Shown piece by piece: positions 1 to 8,430 of a DNA stretch of 64,000 nt. Origin of the DNA: a virus. A model generated the notes under the pieces. The model was not told where the DNA came from. It ran no database searches and saw only the letters and a program-made list of their open reading frames with translations. Location: IMG/VR virus record IMGVR_UViG_3300042914_004291, positions 32,001 through 96,000 of that record; one strand, given 5' to 3'. The position numbers and the translations under genes were made by a program. How positions within the stretch are numbered: the stretch's first letter is position 1; the number at the start of each line of letters is the position of its first letter.

Positions 1-495
1 TGGGATTGGCGCCAAGAAAAGGAGCGAGAGAAGAAGCCAGAGCCAGCTTGCATTCTGAAAGATTATTGCGGTCAAAACACCAACCGGTGCCAACAGCGCG
101 AGAACTTGTGGGAACAGATATGCCATTGAAAATATCAGATTCCCCAACTTCTTCCTGTCAAACGCATGAATTGTTTCATGCATCAAGATTTGCAAGAGTT
201 GCACGTCGCTCATCTGATCAACTACGGCAACAGGTGCATAGATCGTGTTTCCAATGATAGTGAAGAAGTGCGTCATGAATCGTGGGCTGAGCTTTGTGTT
301 GATAAAGAACCAGCCAACTGAGCGCATTAGCCAGCTTGACTCTTTGTTCTTTAAAATCAACTCAATGCCCTGAGACGTCTTCAGGTCTTGGAGAAATCTG
401 TTGCAAGAACGATATCTCTGGTCATCGAGCACCAGGATGCCTGTTGAGGCATCCACAGTGACGCTAGGATTAATTTTAAGAGCTTGACTGGCCAT
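1..495 (-). CDS. Membrane protein with HExxH motif, putative zinc metallopeptidase (3' end beyond window)
   Basis: Not in the ORF track; hand translation from ATG 495 (SD GAGGTGA upstream) is open to base 1: MASQALKINP...FFTIIGNTIYAP...ILMHETIHAFDRKKLG...YLFPQVLALLAPVGVLTAII...WLWLLLSLLFLAPIP, i.e. HETIH followed by hydrophobic segments. Confidence 0.7.
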   Translation of the reverse strand, partial: MASQALKINPSVTVDASTGILVLDDQRYRSCNRFLQDLKTSQGIELILKNKESSWLMRSVGWFFINTKLSPRFMTHFFTIIGNTIYAPVAVVDQMSDVQLLQILMHETIHAFDRKKLGNLIFSMAYLFPQVLALLAPVGVLTAIIFQNASWLWLLLSLLFLAPIP

Positions 496-582
496 TTCTA
501 TCACCTCGTAGCTGCCATTGTTTGGTGGCAGCCAACGATTAACTAACGGCCAAGGAATTGATCTCTGGATATTTCTAGAAGC

Positions 583-2013
583 TCAGCCGACATGGCGGCG
601 AACTTGCTCGCCGCTGCCCATTCGAATGACAAGATCACCTGGACGGACTGTTTCCATGGTGCCACCCGGAGTGACGAGCCAAAGAATCGGGGTCTTGCAG
701 TGCTTCATCTTTGGAGCATAACCATCCGTGACAACCACGGCACCGGAATACTTGTTCTTGTTCTGTAGATCATTGAGATAGTCCGCAACACAATCAAAGT
801 CGGTGCCACCACAGCGAGTACGAAGCCATTTGAAACCAGAACCACGCTTCACGGTGTGAAATGAGCCCTCATCAATTGACGTGTCAAAGTTCATGATGTC
901 AATCTGACCAGTGCGAGAACAGTTGAGCCCCTCTGCTAGACCGCGGGCAACGTCATCATCTCCCATACTGCCAGACTGGTCAATGAACCAGACAATTTGC
1001 GCAATCTCATCGCGACGTGTTCCAGGCATCTTGTACGGAGCCCGCTTGTTTACACGGCGCATTGTGCTCACCGGGTCGAGCGCACGGGTTTTCGCATGAA
1101 ACATCTTGAGAACCGCACGCCAGTCAACCTCGGAGCGCAGATACTCATCGATTGCTTTCTGCATATCAGCCGAGACAGAGCCCCACTGGTTGGCGCTGCG
1201 CGCATGAGTTGCGGCCTCGCGAATCATACCGCGAATTTCCTCAGAGATCACATCCTCCATGTCTGGATCAACACCCCAGCTAGAGTGATCATCCATGGAT
1301 CCATAGCCAAAACCCATCTGCGCACCAGGAGATTGATCTTGCAACTCACGCAGCTTCTTCATGTAGAAGTCGCTTGACTGCAATGCTGGGAAGCTTGCGA
1401 TCAGGTCGCGGAACTTCTTTGCATGCTCAATCTCAGCCGCAGTTGGCTTACGCTTCTCGCCATCTTCATCGGCCTCTTCCTCCTTCTCCGCAAGCATACG
1501 GCCCGGGAGAAGTGTGAACCCTGGAAGACGAAGAGCATCCACTTCCTTGAGCTTGCCACTCTGGTCGTGGTCAATGAGGCTGTTGATCGCAAGGTCTGTT
1601 GCAATGTTCCAAAGTTTGGCCTGCTCGCGGACAGCTTTGCGGTCGGCAATGTGAGCAAGCGCTACGTGAAACAGCTCGTGCATCATCACGCCAATGCGCT
1701 GCTTGTGCGTCATCCCCAGAAAGAAATGACGGTTGATGAACATCGTGACACGTGGCATGCGATCCGCGCGGTGCTTTGTTGCGCCAACAGCAGCAGTTGG
1801 CATGTTCTTCTCATCGTCCGTATAAACCTTTGGAATGCGCATCGAAAGGATTGCAAGGAATGGTTCACTCAGGCTGATTGCGCCAATAACTTTGTCCATG
1901 ACGTCTTGGAAGCTCTCGGTGGAAAGCCTTCCGTCTGCGATGATCTGACTTACTGTACGATTGTCCACTTTTTTGCTTTCTGGTTGAATGTTTGATGAGG
2001 TGTAGGGTGACAC
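583..2013 (-). CDS. DUF2201-type metallopeptidase domain plus C-terminal VWA domain protein
   Basis: HELFH (HExxH), WNIATDLAIN, VWA MIDAS motif IDQSGSM, GGTDF, VVTDGY; divergent from a MoxR-like ATPase. Confidence 0.85.
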   Translation of the reverse strand: MSPYTSSNIQPESKKVDNRTVSQIIADGRLSTESFQDVMDKVIGAISLSEPFLAILSMRIPKVYTDDEKNMPTAAVGATKHRADRMPRVTMFINRHFFLGMTHKQRIGVMMHELFHVALAHIADRKAVREQAKLWNIATDLAINSLIDHDQSGKLKEVDALRLPGFTLLPGRMLAEKEEEADEDGEKRKPTAAEIEHAKKFRDLIASFPALQSSDFYMKKLRELQDQSPGAQMGFGYGSMDDHSSWGVDPDMEDVISEEIRGMIREAATHARSANQWGSVSADMQKAIDEYLRSEVDWRAVLKMFHAKTRALDPVSTMRRVNKRAPYKMPGTRRDEIAQIVWFIDQSGSMGDDDVARGLAEGLNCSRTGQIDIMNFDTSIDEGSFHTVKRGSGFKWLRTRCGGTDFDCVADYLNDLQNKNKYSGAVVVTDGYAPKMKHCKTPILWLVTPGGTMETVRPGDLVIRMGSGEQVRRHVG

Positions 2014-2038
2014 ACAGCCGTTTGACGACTTCCAAAAA

Positions 2039-2067
2039 ACCCTAGCAAGGATCTAGAACGTTGTCAA
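2039..2067 (-). promoter_or_regulatory. Sigma70-like early promoter for the VWA gene
   Basis: Minus strand TTGACA-N17-TAGGGT with TGC just before the -10. Confidence 0.7.
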
Positions 2068-2162
2068 GTCCATGATCGGTCACGCCATGCGAAGACTCCT
2101 TTATCGATCGTGCGTACGCGAGTATTAACCAAACAATCACGCGATGCTGTGCTCCGGAGTTC

Positions 2163-2191
2163 TTGACAACCTTCGAAGGGTCTGCTAGAAC
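2163..2191 (+). promoter_or_regulatory. Sigma70-like early promoter for the MoxR ATPase gene
   Basis: TTGACA-N17-TAGAAC with TGC just before the -10. Confidence 0.65.
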
Positions 2192-2253
2192 CATGACTGT
2201 TCGACGGCACGGTGCCTCGACAGAACAACCCTACACAGAAGGATTAGAACACG

Positions 2254-3483
2254 ATGATTTCTCTCAACATGACTGCTACTCTCAACCTCATCGCCTGCCT
2301 CGGTACCGACCGCGCAATCCTGCTTGCTGGTCGCCACGGCATCGGCAAGTCTGAGGCTGTATATCAGGCGGCAGCACTTCGCCGCAATGACATCTACAAG
2401 GACCGCGCAGTCTGCGAGGCCGTTTCGGTTCGTCTCAAGAACGATCCCGGCTTTATCCGCGGAATGAAGAACTGGCTGGAGGAGAATGAGCTTCCCGATG
2501 GTTATCCTGCCGGGGTTTGGTACTACGAGATGGGTGTGCCCGTCGTCGAGCGCCGCCTCTCGCAGATGACCGAGGGCGACATCTGCGGCCTTCCCTTCGA
2601 GGGCGTGTTCGGCGGCACCACGTTCCGCGCAGTTGAGTGGCTGACCGCTGCCGTTGAATACCCCGTCGTGCTCTTCCTCGACGAGCTCAACCGTGCGATC
2701 AAAGGTGTCGAGCAGGCAACCTTCCAGCTAGCTGACTCGAAAGCGTTCGACGGTGTGCGCCTTCACGATGGTTCACAGGTGATTGTTGCGTGCAACATCG
2801 GCAACGACTACGAGGTGAGCACACTGGACCCCGCGGCGCTTTCTCGCTATGCCTCGGTGGAGCTTCGTCCTTCGACTGCGGAGTTCGTGACGTATGCTCG
2901 TCGGAAAGGTGCGGGCGTGATCGCAGGATTCATTGGAGCGAACCCGGGTTTGCTTGAGTCGGATCGATCCGAATCGTGGAAAAAGACGCCAGACCGTCGT
3001 GCATGGCTTAACCTGCACAAAGAACTTGAGCGTACCGGCCTGTACAAGACGCCAGAGACTGCGCTGTTCATGCATGTCGTGGGTGCAATGGTTGGACAGG
3101 AGGCGGCGTCACAGTTCCAGCGCTATGCTACCGATGCGCTCAAGGACGTGAAAATCGAGGAAATCCTGAGCGATTGGCCTTCGGCAAAAGGTCGAGTGGA
3201 CAATGGTTCTCGTGATGAGGTCCACTGTCGATACATCGATTCGGCCCAGAAGCTTCAGGCTTACATCAAGAAGCACGTGCTGACCGATGCTGAGGCGAAG
3301 AACTTCGCTGGCTTCTTCAACGATGCTCCTGCCGAGGTTTCTACCTCGCTCTGGACGGCTCTGACGGTGGCAAAGGGCGATTCCAAGTCTGGCAGCATCA
3401 GTCTGCCAAACATCGCCAAGGTGTTCCCTCTCGTGAGCGACAAGGTCATGACTGTCACAGATTCCAAACCAAAGAAGAAGTGA
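2254..3483 (+). CDS. MoxR-like AAA+ ATPase
   Basis: Walker A GRHGIGKS, Walker B LFLDELNRA, sensor-1 VACN, arginine finger DPAALSRY. Confidence 0.88.
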   Translation: MISLNMTATLNLIACLGTDRAILLAGRHGIGKSEAVYQAAALRRNDIYKDRAVCEAVSVRLKNDPGFIRGMKNWLEENELPDGYPAGVWYYEMGVPVVERRLSQMTEGDICGLPFEGVFGGTTFRAVEWLTAAVEYPVVLFLDELNRAIKGVEQATFQLADSKAFDGVRLHDGSQVIVACNIGNDYEVSTLDPAALSRYASVELRPSTAEFVTYARRKGAGVIAGFIGANPGLLESDRSESWKKTPDRRAWLNLHKELERTGLYKTPETALFMHVVGAMVGQEAASQFQRYATDALKDVKIEEILSDWPSAKGRVDNGSRDEVHCRYIDSAQKLQAYIKKHVLTDAEAKNFAGFFNDAPAEVSTSLWTALTVAKGDSKSGSISLPNIAKVFPLVSDKVMTVTDSKPKKK

Positions 3484-3511
3484 TCCCTAGCTGACTGTCG
3501 GTAGTCAGCCC

Positions 3512-3550
3512 AAGGCCAGGAAACTAAAACGTTTCCTGGCCTTTTGTGTT
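3512..3550 (+). terminator. Rho-independent terminator after the MoxR gene
   Basis: AAGGCCAGGAAAC-loop-GTTTCCTGGCCTT followed by a T-rich tail. Confidence 0.85.
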
Positions 3551-3556
3551 TCTGCC

Positions 3557-3585
3557 TTGACATGGTTTTTTCATATTTGTATCTT
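3557..3585 (+). promoter_or_regulatory. Sigma70-like promoter for the dUTPase/replication operon
   Basis: TTGACA-N17-TATCTT directly after the terminator. Confidence 0.65.
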
Positions 3586-3595
3586 CATGTTAGTC

Positions 3596-4093
3596 ATGAA
3601 GAAGACCACATCAACCATCATAAAACTCAAAGTTCTTCCGGAATATAATAATCTAGATTTCGCAGCGCCGACACAAGCCAAACCTGGAGATGCTGGGTTT
3701 GATATTGTTTCTGCTGTGGATATGCGCATTCATCCAGGTCGTGTTTATGTGGTTGCAACACCATTTATTCTTGCAGACGCACCAAACTACTTGCCGGATG
3801 GAAGTGACTATTATATCAAAGTCAACAGCCGCTCAGGCATGGCCGCAAAAAACGGCATATATCCAATCACTGGCACAATAGACAAAGGATATCGCGGCCA
3901 GATCAAAATTATCTTGACAATGGCTGAACAGGGCCATGGTGTTGAGAAACGTTATGTTGATATTTCACGCGGCGATCGGATCGCGCAGCTTGTTGTACAC
4001 AAGATCGAGGCAGACAATCTCAGGTTTGAATTGACTGATGAGGTTGTCGAGACTGTTCGCGGTGATTCTGGCTTTGGATCATCTGGGAAATGA
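3596..4093 (+). CDS. dut: Trimeric dUTPase
   Basis: Motifs GDAGFD, SRSGMA, GTIDKGYRG, GDRIAQL, RGDSGFGSSG; start moved to the ATG downstream of the promoter. Confidence 0.95.
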   Translation: MKKTTSTIIKLKVLPEYNNLDFAAPTQAKPGDAGFDIVSAVDMRIHPGRVYVVATPFILADAPNYLPDGSDYYIKVNSRSGMAAKNGIYPITGTIDKGYRGQIKIILTMAEQGHGVEKRYVDISRGDRIAQLVVHKIEADNLRFELTDEVVETVRGDSGFGSSGK

Positions 4094-4650
4094 CGTTGGA
4101 TCCAATGACATTATCTTTCGGTCAGTTGGTCGACCAGCCCGGTGGTACATTGGTTTATACTACTGGCGATGGAAGCCTCACATTCGATGAGCGCCTTGCG
4201 GGACCACATTCACAGCCAGTCTGGGGATATTCTGAGGAAACATTAGATCTTATCTTGAACTTTCACAGGAGGGAGAGATTCCAGGCATATTTCCCAGGAT
4301 GGTGGGAGCGGAAGAATTCACAAAGACAATCCGGGTTCCACAACGTGAATTCTCAGATAACACCCACAGAACCATTAGGTTTGTTATTGAACAGAATATA
4401 CCTTCACGTAAACGGGACTGATATTCATTCGGATTTTTGTGCTGGAGACTGTGTGTTTGTTGAAATGCTCATTGAAGGCAAAGTCGAGTTCGTGAGGCTG
4501 AATGCCTTTAACTTCTTCAGAAAAATGACAATGATTGACGCGTTTGGGAAATACGACCATGAAAAACAAAACACAACCGAAGCAGAAAAGCTGATGATTG
4601 ACATGAATGTCTACGAGCTGTTTCGATCCTCAAGGCTGGTGTTGCAATGA
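4090..4650 (+). CDS. Hypothetical protein
   Basis: 186-aa ORF coupled by ATGA overlaps to both neighbours. Confidence 0.7.
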   Translation: MTLDPMTLSFGQLVDQPGGTLVYTTGDGSLTFDERLAGPHSQPVWGYSEETLDLILNFHRRERFQAYFPGWWERKNSQRQSGFHNVNSQITPTEPLGLLLNRIYLHVNGTDIHSDFCAGDCVFVEMLIEGKVEFVRLNAFNFFRKMTMIDAFGKYDHEKQNTTEAEKLMIDMNVYELFRSSRLVLQ

Positions 4651-5711
4651 AAACTGTGTTAATCGTCGACTCCTTGAATGTCTTCATCAGGCACTTCATG
4701 GTGTCTGAGGCAATGAACTCTGTTGGTGAGATGGTTGGAGGTGCTCTTGGGTTTGTTGGGAGCATTGGATCAGTGATTGGTCAATTGAAACCTAATGCTG
4801 TGGTAGTTGTCTGGGAGAAGGGTGGTGCAAGTTCGCGGCGGAAATCCATCTACCCTCAATACAAAGCAAACAGGGCAGCAGGCGGCAACAATCCAGCCAT
4901 GGCTGAGATGTCTTACCGGGGCGATGGTAAGTTCAGACCGGCTGTGGATAAAACAAACAAGGTGTTCCAGATCCAACTGTGCACCAAGTTGCTGAAGTGT
5001 TTGCCAGTGTGTCAGTTATATGTTGAGAACACCGAAGCAGACGACATCATTGCTTATCTGACAACGCAGAGGTTTGGAAACAGAGAAGAACCGATTCGCA
5101 GGATCATCATGTCTAGCGACAAAGACTTTTATCAGTTGTTGGAAGATGACAATGTAAGGATCTATGACCCCGCCAGAAAGATCTTGATCGACAAAGACTA
5201 CGTTGAAACAAACTTCGGTGTCACTCCCAGGAATATAACACTGGCCAGATCTGTGATTGGGGATCCGTCAGACAATCTAGATGGTGTTGATGGGATTGGT
5301 TTCAAAACTATCAGCAAGAGAATGCCAGAGTTCATGGATCGCAGCGTTGACCTTGATGCTGAATGGCTTGAAGAGAAATGCAAAGAGTCTCTGAATGAGA
5401 TTGCCGCGGCAAAACCGAAGAAGAAAGCACCGGCCTGTTTTGGTGACATCGTTGAGAACATTGACGTTGTGAAGAGAAACTGGAAGCTGATGTATCTTGG
5501 CGGTACAAATGCGTTAGCTGCATCACAGATCTCTCAGATTGATGGGAAATTGGATGAATGGAACCAGAATCCAAACGCTCAGAGGTACGACAAGCTGCTA
5601 TTTATGCAAGAACTTTTGCGTGCAAACATCCCATTCACTTCCAGCTTAGAAACCTGCCTGGAGTCCATGCTGACGCTGGCAAGGAACACAAAGACATTCA
5701 TTTACGAATAG
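4647..5711 (+). CDS. 5'-3' exonuclease / flap endonuclease (T4 RNase H-like)
   Basis: LIVDSLN, RKSIYPQYKANR, EADDIIAY, SSDKDFYQL, GDPSDNLDGVDGIG. Confidence 0.93.
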   Translation: MKTVLIVDSLNVFIRHFMVSEAMNSVGEMVGGALGFVGSIGSVIGQLKPNAVVVVWEKGGASSRRKSIYPQYKANRAAGGNNPAMAEMSYRGDGKFRPAVDKTNKVFQIQLCTKLLKCLPVCQLYVENTEADDIIAYLTTQRFGNREEPIRRIIMSSDKDFYQLLEDDNVRIYDPARKILIDKDYVETNFGVTPRNITLARSVIGDPSDNLDGVDGIGFKTISKRMPEFMDRSVDLDAEWLEEKCKESLNEIAAAKPKKKAPACFGDIVENIDVVKRNWKLMYLGGTNALAASQISQIDGKLDEWNQNPNAQRYDKLLFMQELLRANIPFTSSLETCLESMLTLARNTKTFIYE

Positions 5712-5715
5712 TCAC

Positions 5716-7389
5716 TTGGCAAAGTTTAATGGCCGGGATACACTTGCCAGACAACAAACTATGCAAGATATCACAGACGCCTCAAGCAAGATTCTTCAAA
5801 AAAACCAAGGGAATGAGACTGACCTGTTGATTGCGGCTGTCGCAGCAAAAGCAACTGCGAAGTCTTCTTCGCAAACAACGAACATGTTTGAATCAAGCCT
5901 CACAAAGATCAAAGAAAAACAAATGACAACAGCCACCAAGCAAGAAAACGACCCGGCCAATCAAGAAGTTGAAACATCGGAGAAACCCGGTTTTGCATCG
6001 TTCGGCCGACCATTCCAGGAAAATGTGTGCGTCGCTCTTCTGACCGATCAGAACTGGGCAACGGGGTTCGCCGAGGTGTTCAACGTTGATGAATGCCTTG
6101 AAATGAGACACCTGAAGTACGTTTCAAAACAGTGGATCAAATACTACAAAACATACCGTGAGTGGCCAAGCCTCGACTTGCTCAAAACAATCATTGGCGA
6201 TGACTTGAAACACTCGGCCGACGTTGTACTCAAGGCACAGTCGATCAACTTCATTGACAAACACGTGATCGGCGCAACCTCTTTCAACGATCTACCTTGG
6301 GTCAAAGAAAGGGCGATGAGTTTCTGCCGCCAACAACTCATGAAGAAAGCTCTGAGTGAGTCGCTCGACTTGATTCAGAGTGAGAAATACGATCTGGTCG
6401 TCAAACGAATGAAAGAAGCTTTGTCTTCTGGGATGACCACGACAGTTGGCCACCTTTACAACTCAGAGCCAGAAATGCGTTACAGCAAGACATACAGAAA
6501 CATTGTCACAACTGGTATCGGTAAACTGAATGAGATTCTTCAAGGAGGTCTTGGTGGTGGCGAGATCGGTATCATCGTTGCTCCTACTTCTGTTGGCAAG
6601 TCGCACGTTTTGACACACCTGGGTTCTGCCGCGATCAGTGTAGGGCTTAACGTGTTTCACTATTCATTTGAGCTCTCAGAACGTTACGTTGGTGTGCGCT
6701 ATGACAGCAACCTAGTCGACATTGATAGCAATGAATGTCACGAGCACTTGGATGAAATCAAAGACTTCGTCGAGAAGAACAAAGACAATCTAGGTCAGCT
6801 TGTGATCAAAGAGTTTCCGCCGCGGTCAAAAACTGTTAACGACATCAGAATGCACATTGACAAGATGCTGATGAAGGGCATCCGTCCAAACCTGATCATT
6901 GTTGACTATGCCAGCTTGCTGCGCTCAACAGAGAAATCAGACCTCATGCGACATGAGATGCAGTTCGTGATCCAAGAGCTCAGAGCATTGGCCAAAGAAC
7001 TCAACGTGCCACTCTGGACAGCGCTCCAGGCAAACCGCAGCGGCGCCAAAGCAGAGTTTGTGGATATGACTGACCTATCCGAGAGCTACGGGCAAGCCGG
7101 TGAAGCCGACGTGATCCTTGGCCTCCAGAGAACAAAAGAACAAAAGCAGAGAGGTACGGGCAGTCTCTACATCGCAAAGAACAGACTAGGAACGGACGGT
7201 CACCACTGGCTTGTTAAACTAAACACCGCAAGATCCTTCATCCAGGTCATGACCGATGAAGAGCTGGATGCCGAGCAAGTTGAGCAAGAAGTCGTGAAGG
7301 AAAAAACAAAGATCGACAGCATGCATGCCTTCAAGGATTCGATGAAAGAAGTCAAGAAGCGCTATGGTCTGCAATCTCCAGCGTTCTGA
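5716..7389 (+). CDS. DnaB-like replicative helicase (T4 gp41-like); true start may be ATG 5761 or 5923
   Basis: Walker A APTSVGKS, SFELSE, IIVDYA, ALQANR, LSESYG, IAKNRLG. Confidence 0.92.
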   Translation: MAKFNGRDTLARQQTMQDITDASSKILQKNQGNETDLLIAAVAAKATAKSSSQTTNMFESSLTKIKEKQMTTATKQENDPANQEVETSEKPGFASFGRPFQENVCVALLTDQNWATGFAEVFNVDECLEMRHLKYVSKQWIKYYKTYREWPSLDLLKTIIGDDLKHSADVVLKAQSINFIDKHVIGATSFNDLPWVKERAMSFCRQQLMKKALSESLDLIQSEKYDLVVKRMKEALSSGMTTTVGHLYNSEPEMRYSKTYRNIVTTGIGKLNEILQGGLGGGEIGIIVAPTSVGKSHVLTHLGSAAISVGLNVFHYSFELSERYVGVRYDSNLVDIDSNECHEHLDEIKDFVEKNKDNLGQLVIKEFPPRSKTVNDIRMHIDKMLMKGIRPNLIIVDYASLLRSTEKSDLMRHEMQFVIQELRALAKELNVPLWTALQANRSGAKAEFVDMTDLSESYGQAGEADVILGLQRTKEQKQRGTGSLYIAKNRLGTDGHHWLVKLNTARSFIQVMTDEELDAEQVEQEVVKEKTKIDSMHAFKDSMKEVKKRYGLQSPAF

Positions 7390-7461
7390 GCATGGTAGAG
7401 TCATTGCCTGTCAGTCAGTTATAGTAGCGATCAGTTTACTTACTCAGACTCAAAGAACATC

Positions 7462-8430
7462 ATGCTAACCGAAGGAAGACAAACATATAAACCGTTCTCA
7501 TACGACCCCGCCTACGACTTCTGGCTCAAGCAGCAGCAAGCACACTGGTTACCTTCCGAGGTCCAGATGAGCTCCGACATACAAGATTGGTCTGAGTCTG
7601 GGACTCTGACTGAAATAGAGAAGAATGTTGTTGGTGGTGTCCTGAAAGGCTTCATTCAAACAGAACTCGTGGTCAACGACTATTGGACCGGCCATGTTGC
7701 CAAATGGTTCCCGCACCCAGAGATCGTGATGATGGCAGGCGCCTTTGGTTCATTTGAAGGAATCCATACAATTGGATACGCTTTCTTGAATGACACCCTG
7801 GGACTCAAGGACTATGATGCATTCCTTGCCGAACCGACAGCCAAGGCGAAGATTGATAGATTGGTTGATATCAACGCCAAAGAAGCCAGCCGTGAAGACG
7901 TCGCCAAATCGCTTGCCGTGTTCTCTGGATTTGTTGAAGGAGTCTCGCTGTTCTCCAGCTTTGCTATCTTGTTCAACTTCTCAAGGTTCAATAAACTCAA
8001 AGGAGTTGGTCAGATCATTTCATGGTCAGTCAGAGATGAAAGTTTACATTCACAAGCTGGATGTTGGCTGTTCAGAGAATTCATCAAAGAAAATCCGGAC
8101 CTCTGGACAGATGAGCTCAAGAAATCGATTTATCAAGCTGCAAGAGACACAATTGCCTTGGAAGATGATTTCATTGACAATGTGTTCTCTGGTGGTGAGA
8201 TTGAGGGGATCACTGCATATGACGTGAAACAGTTCATCAGGTTCAGAGCAAACACCAAACTTGGTGAGTTGGGGTTGAAGATGAACTGGAAGAACATTGA
8301 CATGGAAGCACTGGAGAGGATGGCGTGGTTTGATTCAATGACGTCAGGTGTTGAACACACGGACTTCTTTGCGCAGAAGGTCACTGCATATTCCAAAGGA
8401 CATATGGATTTCTCAAAGATCTGGGATTGA
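7462..8430 (+). CDS. nrdB: Class I ribonucleotide reductase beta subunit
   Basis: HWLPSE, QTE, EGIHTIGY, EGVSLFSSF, RDESLH, C-terminal DFF motif. Confidence 0.95.
   Translation: MLTEGRQTYKPFSYDPAYDFWLKQQQAHWLPSEVQMSSDIQDWSESGTLTEIEKNVVGGVLKGFIQTELVVNDYWTGHVAKWFPHPEIVMMAGAFGSFEGIHTIGYAFLNDTLGLKDYDAFLAEPTAKAKIDRLVDINAKEASREDVAKSLAVFSGFVEGVSLFSSFAILFNFSRFNKLKGVGQIISWSVRDESLHSQAGCWLFREFIKENPDLWTDELKKSIYQAARDTIALEDDFIDNVFSGGEIEGITAYDVKQFIRFRANTKLGELGLKMNWKNIDMEALERMAWFDSMTSGVEHTDFFAQKVTAYSKGHMDFSKIWD

Noticed and set aside
1423-1995. 190-aa plus-strand ORF with hydrophobic start, and the many other short antisense or alternate-frame ORFs in the track
   Set aside because: They lie within well-supported genes on the other strand or frame and show no protein motifs
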